Positions 27,541 through 35,747 of a stretch of DNA of 38,205 nucleotides are shown here, piece by piece. Source of the stretch: a bacterium. GTDB lineage: Bacteria > Patescibacteriota > Minisyncoccia > Phycocordibacterales > Phycocordibacteraceae. The stretch spans positions 21,327 through 59,531 of the forward strand of contig DAICZA010000002.1 in assembly GCA_027311385.1 (NCBI GenBank), written 5' to 3'. The position numbers and the translations under genes were made by a program. Position 1 is the first letter of the stretch, and each line of letters opens with the position of its first letter. The notes below the pieces were generated by a model. The model was given only the letters and a program-made list of their open reading frames with translations, did not search any database and was not told the origin of the DNA.

Positions 27541-28098
27541 ATGAACATTGTCGCCATTTCGGGGAGTTTGAGAAAAGATTCGTTTAACACTGCGCTCCTG
27601 CGCGCAATGCAGTCGCTTGCGCCGGGGGGTATGGACATACAGATCGCCGACATCGGCGGGTTGCCGCTGTACAGTCAGGACGCCGAAGCGTCGTTCCCGC
27701 CCGCGGCCCAGAAGTTGAAAGAGGCGATTGAGGCGGCCGACGGCATCATCATCGCAACGCCGGAATACAACCGTTCCGTTCCGGGCGTGCTGAAGAATGC
27801 GATTGATTGGGCCAGCCGTCCGTGGGGCAAGAACTCGTTCGCCGGCAAACCGCTCATGACGGCCGGTGTCTCGGTGGGGAAGATAGGCACGGCGGTCGCG
27901 CAGAGCCATCTGCGCCAGATTATGAGCTATCTTGATGCGCAGGTCATCGGCCAGCCGGAGCTGTACCTCGGCCCGGCGCAGGGAATCTTTGACGCTGACG
28001 GAACCATCACCGACGAATCTACGAAAGACTTGCTCGCCAAAGCGCTGGAGACGCTCAAAAATCGCGCGCACTCGACAGTACGACGAAGCGCCGCATGA
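27541..28098 (+). CDS. NADPH-dependent FMN reductase (ChrR-like)
   Basis: SGSLRKDSFN, TPEYNRSVPGVLKNAIDWASR. Confidence 0.95.
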   Translation: MNIVAISGSLRKDSFNTALLRAMQSLAPGGMDIQIADIGGLPLYSQDAEASFPPAAQKLKEAIEAADGIIIATPEYNRSVPGVLKNAIDWASRPWGKNSFAGKPLMTAGVSVGKIGTAVAQSHLRQIMSYLDAQVIGQPELYLGPAQGIFDADGTITDESTKDLLAKALETLKNRAHSTVRRSAA

Positions 28099-28110
28099 TA
28101 CGCTACGGGG

Positions 28111-28611
28111 ATGGATGCGCTCCCCGTACTAACTGAAAAGCGCGAGAAGGACCTCCTCTGGTTCTTTGACCTCGCGCTCCTCTTCAAGGCGGTTGACGGC
28201 GTGCTTGAGTTCCTCGGTGCAATCCTCATCCTTGCCGTGCCGCCGTCGCTCGTGCTACGCATTGCGGAATTCCTGACCGTCGGAGAATTGGCGCAAGACC
28301 CGCACGATTTCATCGCGACCACGATTCGCGACGCCGCGCACGCGTTCACGGTCCACACGCATTACTTCATCGCACTTTATCTCGCGTTCCACGGCGCGAT
28401 AAAGGTTGCACTCGTCATCGGCGTTTTCGCGGGGAAACGCATCGCGTATCCGCTTTTTATGATTGCGCTTGCGGTCTTCGGCGCGTACGAAGCGTATCGC
28501 GGCTTCCAGCTCGGAGAATTGCTGTTGCAGGCACTTGCCGTGTTTGACCTCGCGCTCCTCGTGCTTACGTCGTACGAGTATCGGCGCCGGTATCCAGCCC
28601 ATTCTTCTTAG
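28111..28611 (+). CDS. DUF2127-like membrane protein
   Basis: KAVDGVLE..G, ELAQDPHDFIA, YL..HG..K pattern. Confidence 0.75.
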   Translation: MDALPVLTEKREKDLLWFFDLALLFKAVDGVLEFLGAILILAVPPSLVLRIAEFLTVGELAQDPHDFIATTIRDAAHAFTVHTHYFIALYLAFHGAIKVALVIGVFAGKRIAYPLFMIALAVFGAYEAYRGFQLGELLLQALAVFDLALLVLTSYEYRRRYPAHSS

Positions 28612-29176
28612 CGCGATAGGCGAGGAGGTTGTGCCGGGCGACGAGGAAGAGCACGACGAGGAACGCGATCGCGATGCCCCAGCGGAACGGACCTTCCCAT
28701 TCGGACGTGAAGCTGCCGAACCAGTAGGACGCGGAGAAGAGGAACGTAGTCCAGATTGACGTGGCGACAATAGCCGTCAGCACAAAGGTGGAAAGGGGAG
28801 AACGGAAGAAGCCGCTCGCGGTGTAGGTCGGGAGACGCGACCCGGGGATGAAGCGCGCCGAGAAGACGGTGAGCACGTAGCGGGTCTCAAGCCAGGTGCG
28901 GAACGGGGCGATGAAGTCGTGGTCAACGTAGCGCGCGAGCCGCGGGTGCGTGCTTGCGAGGTAGCCGAGACAGTAGAGTCCGATATCGCCGAGAATGATG
29001 CCGGCGTAGAGCGACAGAAGGGCGACGGGGATGCCGATAATGCCGTCGGCCGCGAGCACACCGACGATGACGGTTGTCGGGTCTTCCAGAATGAAGGTCC
29101 CGAGGATGATGGCGAGCGAGAGAAGTGCCGAACTGCCAACCGCGCCGCCGATAAGGTGGAAAAGGAAATGATGCAT
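28565..29176 (-). CDS. DedA/VTT family membrane protein
   Basis: TFILED, GD.GLY.LG, ARFIPGSRLPTY.ASG. Confidence 0.88.
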   Translation of the reverse strand: MHHFLFHLIGGAVGSSALLSLAIILGTFILEDPTTVIVGVLAADGIIGIPVALLSLYAGIILGDIGLYCLGYLASTHPRLARYVDHDFIAPFRTWLETRYVLTVFSARFIPGSRLPTYTASGFFRSPLSTFVLTAIVATSIWTTFLFSASYWFGSFTSEWEGPFRWGIAIAFLVVLFLVARHNLLAYRAKKNGLDTGADTRTT

Positions 29177-29256
29177 GTGGACCGCTATAGTTTACCAGAT
29201 TTACCGCCCCGCGGAATGAACAAGGTGCCGTGAAGCGTAGTAGAATAGGCGGACGC

Positions 29257-29850
29257 ATGGAACCCGACCTGAACCCTCGACAGGGTGATGAAGCATCAGA
29301 CGAGGAGATCGTCCGCCGGACGATTCTTGATAAAGAGGCGTTCGCGCTCTTGATTACGCGATACGAGGCGAAACTCTTGCGCTATCTGGAGCGGCTGGGC
29401 GTCGGCGTGCGCGAAGACCGCGAGGATATCCTGCAGAACGCCTTCATCAAGGCCTACCGGAATCTCAACAGCTTTGACCCGACGCTTGCGTTCTCCTCGT
29501 GGATGTACCGCATTGCGCACAACGAGGCGATGAGCTTCTTCCGCGCCAAGCACGCCCGCCCGCAGGTCATCCTGAGCGAAGAGGGCGAAGCGCTCCTGAC
29601 CGAGTTGCGGGACGAGGGTTCGGACACGGCGCATACCGCGGAACTCCGCCTCTCGCGCGAGAAACTCACGGAGGCGTTCGCCACGCTCCCGCCCTCGTAC
29701 CGCGATGTGCTCACGCTCCGATTCTTTGAGGACCGCTCGTATACCGAGCTGTCTGATATTCTTGAAGTGCCGGTCGGAACGGTCTCCACGCTCCTCTACC
29801 GCGCGAAGCGCGCGCTCCGCGCGGCATTGCCCGAACAATTTTCATCATGA
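29257..29850 (+). CDS. ECF RNA polymerase sigma factor
   Basis: EDILQNAFIKAY, FSSWMYRIAHN, GTVSTLLYRAK; start probably ATG 29257. Confidence 0.93.
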   Translation: MEPDLNPRQGDEASDEEIVRRTILDKEAFALLITRYEAKLLRYLERLGVGVREDREDILQNAFIKAYRNLNSFDPTLAFSSWMYRIAHNEAMSFFRAKHARPQVILSEEGEALLTELRDEGSDTAHTAELRLSREKLTEAFATLPPSYRDVLTLRFFEDRSYTELSDILEVPVGTVSTLLYRAKRALRAALPEQFSS

Positions 29851-30722
29851 CTACCACCAATCCACCACCATCCGACCACCTCGCGAAGCGGGTGCTGGAC
29901 CGCATTGTTGACGAACACCTCACGCCGCGCCCGCGTTGGGAATTCCTGTTCAAGAACTACTTCTTCTGGAGTCTCGGCGCGCTCGCCGTCGCGCTCGGCG
30001 CGCTCGCTTTCTCGGCGACGCTTTTTGAGATTACGAATGTGGACTGGCGGTTCTCCACGGTGACGCATCCTGATTTCTTGACGTTCTTCCTCGCGGTCGC
30101 GCCGTTCTTCTGGGTTATCGCGCTCGCGCTCTTTCTCCTCATCGGGTACGCGAATATCCGCTCCACCAAGCACGGGTACCGGTATTCGCTTGCCACCCTC
30201 GCCCTTGGCGCGGTGCTGACCTCGCTCGCGCTCGGCAGTATGCTCTACGCGACCGGACTCGGCGGCGCGGTGGACGCGGCCATCGGCGACCATCCGCCGT
30301 TTTATCGCCCCATTATCGCCGCACAGCATTCCTGGTGGCTCGCGCCGGAGCGGGGACTCCTCGGTGGACAAGTGATTCAGGCGGACCCTTCCGGCGCCTC
30401 TTTCACGCTCCGCGATTTCAACGGGCACATCTGGCAGGTGAGCGGGAGCGACCTGCGTACGCCCGACCTTACGGCGGTTGCGCGCGGCGGGACGGTGCGC
30501 GTCGTCGGTGTGCCGACAACGGCGACGAGCACCGCCTTCCATGCGTGCTTCATATTTACCTGGCGGACCAACGGAAAGTTCCCCGGCAGTCAGCTGGCAC
30601 CGTCTTTCACGCTCCATGTCGCCTCAACCAGTGAAAGAGGCGAGGCGGACGCGCGTAGTGAGATATGTAGGGACATCCGTCCTTACCAGCAGCTCCGGAG
30701 TATTGACGAGAACGGCTTATAG
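29847..30722 (+). CDS. membrane protein, probable anti-sigma partner
   Basis: ATGA overlap with the sigma gene; three TM helices plus an extracytoplasmic domain. Confidence 0.7.
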   Translation: MTTTNPPPSDHLAKRVLDRIVDEHLTPRPRWEFLFKNYFFWSLGALAVALGALAFSATLFEITNVDWRFSTVTHPDFLTFFLAVAPFFWVIALALFLLIGYANIRSTKHGYRYSLATLALGAVLTSLALGSMLYATGLGGAVDAAIGDHPPFYRPIIAAQHSWWLAPERGLLGGQVIQADPSGASFTLRDFNGHIWQVSGSDLRTPDLTAVARGGTVRVVGVPTTATSTAFHACFIFTWRTNGKFPGSQLAPSFTLHVASTSERGEADARSEICRDIRPYQQLRSIDENGL

Positions 30723-30778
30723 CCCGCGGACGCCATTTGCGAGCATGGCCCCGCACTCGTAATGCCGGAAATCTGCCG

Positions 30779-30817
30779 AAATCAGCGGCCCCGCTCCGGC
30801 GGGGCCGCTGATTTTTT
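30779..30817 (+). terminator. intrinsic terminator
   Basis: aaatcagcggccccgc-tccg-gcggggccgctgattt followed by a T-tract. Confidence 0.85.
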
Positions 30818-30856
30818 GTATTTGCACCAAGGCCGGAAGGCGCGTATCCTAGCGGC

Positions 30857-31336
30857 ATGAAGCGTCTGGGCGTCGTGGGTATCCTAGCATTGGCCTTCTG
30901 CGGGCTCGCAGATTCGGTTTATCTTATGCAGCACGAATTGAGCGGCACGCCGCTCTTGTGCAATATCCAGAACCTGTCGGGGTGCAATGTTGTCGCGACG
31001 AGCCAGTACTCGCATCTCTTCGGCGTGCCGCTCGCCGGGTACGGCGTTGCGTTTTACAGCATCCTATTCATCCTTGCCGCGCTTGAACTCGTCCTTTTTG
31101 ACCGGTTTCTGCGGCGCGCGCTCCAGGCCGTCGCCGTGGTCGGTATGCTTTCGTCGCTGTATTTCGTCTTTGTACAGGTTTTTTTCATACACGCATTTTG
31201 CATCTACTGCACCGCGTCGGCGCTCATCACGCTTCTCGTCCTGATTCTCGCGAGTGGTATAGAACCGCTGCGGGTTCGCGCCCGCGGCATTTCGCCCGGA
31301 GACCCGCCGCACCTTCCTATGCCGCCTTCGGCATAA
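30857..31336 (+). CDS. vitamin K epoxide reductase family protein
   Basis: C..C loop cysteines, S.YS..FGVP, FCIYC active site. Confidence 0.92.
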   Translation: MKRLGVVGILALAFCGLADSVYLMQHELSGTPLLCNIQNLSGCNVVATSQYSHLFGVPLAGYGVAFYSILFILAALELVLFDRFLRRALQAVAVVGMLSSLYFVFVQVFFIHAFCIYCTASALITLLVLILASGIEPLRVRARGISPGDPPHLPMPPSA

Positions 31337-31344
31337 ACCACGCT

Positions 31345-32508
31345 ATGCAACGGATACTTTTCGCCGCACTCGTTTTCCTCCTCGTGCCGGCGGGCGCTTT
31401 TGCCGCGCCCGCGCCCGCGTCGTTTATGGTCGGCCGTTCGCTCATCGCGGCGAGCTCCTCGCCGGGGAACGCATATGCCGCGGGCGTCTCGGTCGTGCTT
31501 ACTGCGCCGGTCGCGGGCGATTTCTCGGCGCTCGGCGGTTCCGTTATTACGGCGGCACCGGTGTCCGGGGACGACCTGTTATTCGGCGGCTCGGTTAGTT
31601 CGCGCGCGAATGTGGCAGGGGACCTCCGCGCGGTCGGCGGGAGCATTGATATTGAAGAACCGGTCGGGGGCGATCTTGCCGCGTGCGGGTACGACGTGTA
31701 CGATTCCGGCCGCTTGGGCGGAAACGTGTTTATCGTCGCCGCGAATACAACGCTCGCCAACGGCGCCGCAGGGCCGGTCACCTTGTACGGCAACAACGTC
31801 TCGCTTGCCGGCGATTTCGGCGCCGACGTGACCGTTGTGGCGAGCGGCCGCCTGTCGCTTGCGGCGAGCACCACGATACGCGGCGCGCTCTCGTACCAAT
31901 CGCCGCTTCCCGCCGACATCCCCGCGTCGGTGCGTGTGACAAACGGCATCCACTACACCAGCGCGTCGTACCTGCCGGACGTCGGCGCCTCGCGCATCCT
32001 CGCGCTCGTGAGTATGGGATTCTTCCTCTTCGCGCGCATTCTTGGTGCGCTCATCCTCGCCGGCCTTCTCGCCGGACTATTCCCGAAACTCGCCGAAGCG
32101 ATCGTTCGGCGTTCTGGTGCGAAGCCGCGCGGCATCCTCCTCACCACACTGCTCGGATTTGCGATACTCGTCGCGACGCCGGTTCTGCTGATTCCGCTTT
32201 CGCTCACGTTCGTCGGCATCGGTCTCGCACTCTTGCTCTTCATCCTGTACGCACTTTTGGCGCTCCTCGCCGTCATATACGCCGGTATCCTCCTCGGGTG
32301 CCTGTTCGCGCGCCGCGTGGCGCGGCGCGATACGGTGCTGTGGCATGACGGCGCGGTCGGTATGCTTATTCTCTCGCTCATCGCATTTGTCCCCTTCATC
32401 GGATTCCTCATTGCGCTCCTGCTGGCGCTCTTCTCGGCGGGTGCGCTCCTCCAGATATTCTTCCATTTCGCGTTTCCGCGCGAAGAGAACACGCCGGAAA
32501 TGCTATAG
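31345..32508 (+). CDS. exported beta-helix repeat (polymer-forming/bactofilin-like) protein with a C-terminal multi-TM domain
   Basis: Signal peptide; repeated V.GD...GG.V units; start at ATG 31345. Confidence 0.75.
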   Translation: MQRILFAALVFLLVPAGAFAAPAPASFMVGRSLIAASSSPGNAYAAGVSVVLTAPVAGDFSALGGSVITAAPVSGDDLLFGGSVSSRANVAGDLRAVGGSIDIEEPVGGDLAACGYDVYDSGRLGGNVFIVAANTTLANGAAGPVTLYGNNVSLAGDFGADVTVVASGRLSLAASTTIRGALSYQSPLPADIPASVRVTNGIHYTSASYLPDVGASRILALVSMGFFLFARILGALILAGLLAGLFPKLAEAIVRRSGAKPRGILLTTLLGFAILVATPVLLIPLSLTFVGIGLALLLFILYALLALLAVIYAGILLGCLFARRVARRDTVLWHDGAVGMLILSLIAFVPFIGFLIALLLALFSAGALLQIFFHFAFPREENTPEML

Positions 32509-32516
32509 TGGCGCGC

Positions 32517-33179
32517 ATGGCAAAGCCTGAAGAACGAAAGAAGCGCGCGCAAAAGATTGTCGCGTATTTGAAAAAGGCGTATCCGACTCCGGAGAGCGAA
32601 CTGCAGCACACGACGCCGTTCCAGTTTCTCGCGGCCGTCATCCTCTCGGCGCAGTGCACCGACAAAGCGGTGAATAAGCTCACGGCGACGCTGTTCAAGA
32701 AATACAAAACGCCGAAAGAGTTCGCAGAGGCGGACCCGGCACTGTTTGCGGAAGAAATTTCTTCCATTCCGTTTTTCCGCAACAAGGCGAAGGCCATTAT
32801 CGGCGCGGCGCGGGAGATAGAGGCGCGGCACGGCGGCGCCGTGCCGCGCACCGAGCGTGAGCTCGTCGCCCTCCCGGGCGTGGGCTACAAAACCGCGCAC
32901 GTCATTCTCGGCGAACTCTTTGACGTGTGGGAGGGCATCGCGACCGACACGCACGTGAAGCGGTTCGCGAAGCGCTTTGACCTGACCGACCAGAGTGACC
33001 TCACGAAAATTTCTAAAGACCTGGAAGTGCTCCTTCCGAAGAATGACTGGAAATACGTGAACAACGGCCTCGTGCTCTACGGCCGGTATGTGTGCCCGGC
33101 GCGTCCGCACGACTGCGCCGACCACCCGCTCACCAAACTCTGGCCGCCCGCCGCACTCCGGTGGCCGAAGGCGAAGTAG
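32517..33179 (+). CDS. nth: endonuclease III (HhH-GPD)
   Basis: ILSAQCTDKAVN, LPGVGYKTA, DTHV. Confidence 0.93.
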   Translation: MAKPEERKKRAQKIVAYLKKAYPTPESELQHTTPFQFLAAVILSAQCTDKAVNKLTATLFKKYKTPKEFAEADPALFAEEISSIPFFRNKAKAIIGAAREIEARHGGAVPRTERELVALPGVGYKTAHVILGELFDVWEGIATDTHVKRFAKRFDLTDQSDLTKISKDLEVLLPKNDWKYVNNGLVLYGRYVCPARPHDCADHPLTKLWPPAALRWPKAK

Positions 33180-33181
33180 GT

Positions 33182-33985
33182 ATGAGGGGACGTGCGGCAG
33201 ATTTCCGGAGAATCGTTCGGGCGTATTACAAAAAGCACGGACGGCACGATTTACCGTGGCGGAAGACGAAAGATGCGTATACCATCCTCGTGTCGGAAGT
33301 GATGCTCCAGCAAACGCAGGTGGAGCGCGTGATTCCGTTTTATACGAAGTTCCTCAAGCAATTCCCGACGGCGAAGTCGCTCGCCGCCGCGCCGCTCTCC
33401 GCGGTGCTGAAAGCATGGCAAGGGCTCGGCTACAACCGCCGGGCGAAAATGCTCCATCAGGCCGCGAAGGAGTTGGGAACGCGGAGAGAACTGTCGGTAG
33501 AAGAACTGGAGAAACTGCCGGGCGTGGGTCCCTACACTGCGCGCGCCGTCGCCGCGTTTGCGTACAATCAGGATGTCATCTTCGTAGAAACAAACATCCG
33601 GACTGTTATTATTCACCACTTCTTTCCAAAAAAGAAGAAAGTTTCAGATACAGAAATAGAGAAGATTCTCACGCAGGCGTTCCCGAAAGGGAAGTCCCGC
33701 CAGTGGTACAGCGCGCTTATGGATTACGGCGCCTCTCTGAAGCGCGGCGGCGTCTCGCACAATGCGCGAAGCACAACGCACACGAAGCAGTCAACGTTTG
33801 CCGGCTCGCTGCGCGAAGCGCGCGGCGCCATCTTGCGCGAGCTTGCCCGAGGCGGTGCACCGCGTACGCGTGTAGTGGGCTTGCTCGGCGCCGCGCGCCG
33901 GGGACAGGTTGCTGACGCCGTGACGGCGCTCCAAGCGGAGGGGCTCGTGCGCGTGCGAGGGAATCGCGTTACTCTCGCCGACTAA
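33182..33985 (+). CDS. mutY: A/G-specific adenine glycosylase, short form
   Basis: LPWR, VSEVMLQQTQV, WQGLGYNRRA, LPGVGPYTA; start at ATG 33182. Confidence 0.9.
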   Translation: MRGRAADFRRIVRAYYKKHGRHDLPWRKTKDAYTILVSEVMLQQTQVERVIPFYTKFLKQFPTAKSLAAAPLSAVLKAWQGLGYNRRAKMLHQAAKELGTRRELSVEELEKLPGVGPYTARAVAAFAYNQDVIFVETNIRTVIIHHFFPKKKKVSDTEIEKILTQAFPKGKSRQWYSALMDYGASLKRGGVSHNARSTTHTKQSTFAGSLREARGAILRELARGGAPRTRVVGLLGAARRGQVADAVTALQAEGLVRVRGNRVTLAD

Positions 33986-34046
33986 CCCCGTTAGAGACTG
34001 GAACTTGGAAAGTTCCGGCTCGTCGTAGCGAGCGTCTCTAACGGGG
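33986..34046. repeat. CCCCGTTAGA/TCTAACGGGG hairpin repeat filling the whole gap between two convergent stop codons
   Basis: ccccgttagagac ... gtctctaacgggg with two internal stems. Confidence 0.8.
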
Positions 34047-35201
34047 CTAACGAAAATCTCTGATAAGCAGCGTGGCTCCCGCGCCGGCGAGCATAATGAA
34101 TCCGCCGGTAAGAAGGAAGAGGAGCTGATACGTACCGAAAAAGAGAATACTGCTGCCGACGACAGGCGCGAGGAGGCTCGCGACAGGCCAGACGCCGCGG
34201 AAGACGCTGATGGAATTGACGTCCCGCTCCGAAACGCGGCGGAAGAAATGCCCCTCGGTCATACTCTCAATGAGTGCCGAACCGACTCGGGAACAGACGA
34301 GGATGACGACAATGACCGCGATGGGTGTCGCCGGTGTGAGGAGAGAAAGCGACGCAAGAGAAGCGCCGGCGATGAGAAACCCGGCGAGCAGCATTTCTTT
34401 ATCGCCGAGCACTGTGTCGGCAATCCATCCGGCCGGGTACTCAATGAGTACGTAGGGAATGAGCATCAGCGAGAACATCCAGCCGAGACTTGACCAAGGA
34501 ATGCCGAGCACCGCGTGGAGATACGCAGGGACGTAGAGCGGCGCCCAGCTATAGAAGGAGTAGAGGATAAGGTGCCCAAACGTGACGGCCGCGAGGTCGC
34601 GGTCGTGCAGGATACAGGTGAGCGTATCCCGCAGGTGGGAGAGCTTGGGCGGCACGCCGGTCGGAAGCCGTTTGGTCGCGAAAAGGACGATGAACGGGAC
34701 GAGTGCGGCGCTACTGGCGAGGAACACGCGCCCGTAGGCGTCGGAATTAACGAGAAGCGCGCCCATAAGAAGCGGCGATATGAGCGAAGCGACATTCCAC
34801 GCTGTGGTGAAGCGCGTCCGCACGCGTCCGGTCGTCCCTTCTTCGGCGACGGTCGCTTCCAGAAGGAGGTCCAGTTCATACGCAAGGAGCGGCTCAAGCG
34901 AGATGGACAGGGCGATAAGGAAGGGAGCCACGAGAGCGCCGGGCGCCACCGCAAGAGCGAAGAGCATCGCCGATTCCAGGAGGGCGAACGTCAGGGCGAT
35001 TCGCTGGATGCCGAAGCGGCCGACGAGCTGCGGCATAAGCGGGAACAGTATGATGGCGACAAGCGCGCCGCCGGATATCACGAGGCCGGTGTAGGCCATC
35101 GGCATAAAGGTGGAGAGGTAGGGGAGCAGAATGTAGGCCGTGAGCGCAGAGAACAGCGCGAAAAAGAAATTCCCGGTGTAGATGATGGTGCGCGGCCGCA
35201 T
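34047..35201 (-). CDS. MFS transporter
   Basis: About 12 hydrophobic segments, PAGWIAD..LGDK; start at ATG 35201. Confidence 0.88.
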   Translation of the reverse strand: MRPRTIIYTGNFFFALFSALTAYILLPYLSTFMPMAYTGLVISGGALVAIILFPLMPQLVGRFGIQRIALTFALLESAMLFALAVAPGALVAPFLIALSISLEPLLAYELDLLLEATVAEEGTTGRVRTRFTTAWNVASLISPLLMGALLVNSDAYGRVFLASSAALVPFIVLFATKRLPTGVPPKLSHLRDTLTCILHDRDLAAVTFGHLILYSFYSWAPLYVPAYLHAVLGIPWSSLGWMFSLMLIPYVLIEYPAGWIADTVLGDKEMLLAGFLIAGASLASLSLLTPATPIAVIVVILVCSRVGSALIESMTEGHFFRRVSERDVNSISVFRGVWPVASLLAPVVGSSILFFGTYQLLFLLTGGFIMLAGAGATLLIRDFR

Positions 35202-35310
35202 TGTCCACGAGCATAGCACAGCAGTTATGCACTGCGGGTGCTGGCGAAGCCGGAAAAGCGCGCCATACTGAAACGAGCGGCATTCCCGCGTTTACTATTT
35301 TTTCACCACT

Positions 35311-35733
35311 ATGAACCACCGTATCCTTCGTGAAATAGCGAAAATAGGCGTCGGGCTCGTCATCGCGGACATCGTCTGCGGTATCTGGCTCGCGAGCGCC
35401 GGATTCTTCCCGCTCACTATCCTCGGCGTGACGTGGAGCACGAGCATCCTCGGGCCGGGCATCATCTTTGATCTCGCCCTCATCATCCTTCTCGCCCATT
35501 ACGGCTGGAGTATGAAGCTCCCCATCACGTCTCCGAGCGAACGAGCGTTGCTCAATATCGCCGGAACCGTCTTCCTGGTGGTTGCGCTCGCTCACCTGCT
35601 CCGCGTCGCGTTCAATTGGAATTTGATCCTCGGCGGCGCAGTGGTCCCGCTCTGGGTCTCGTGGCTCGGCGTCTTCATTGCTGGATACCTCTCGTATTCC
35701 AGCTTCCACTTCGCACGGCGCCGGCGCGCATAA
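35311..35733 (+). CDS. four-TM membrane protein
   Basis: 140 aa, hydrophobic, host-like codon usage. Confidence 0.8.
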   Translation: MNHRILREIAKIGVGLVIADIVCGIWLASAGFFPLTILGVTWSTSILGPGIIFDLALIILLAHYGWSMKLPITSPSERALLNIAGTVFLVVALAHLLRVAFNWNLILGGAVVPLWVSWLGVFIAGYLSYSSFHFARRRRA

Positions 35734-35747
35734 GGTAGAATGGGCGG

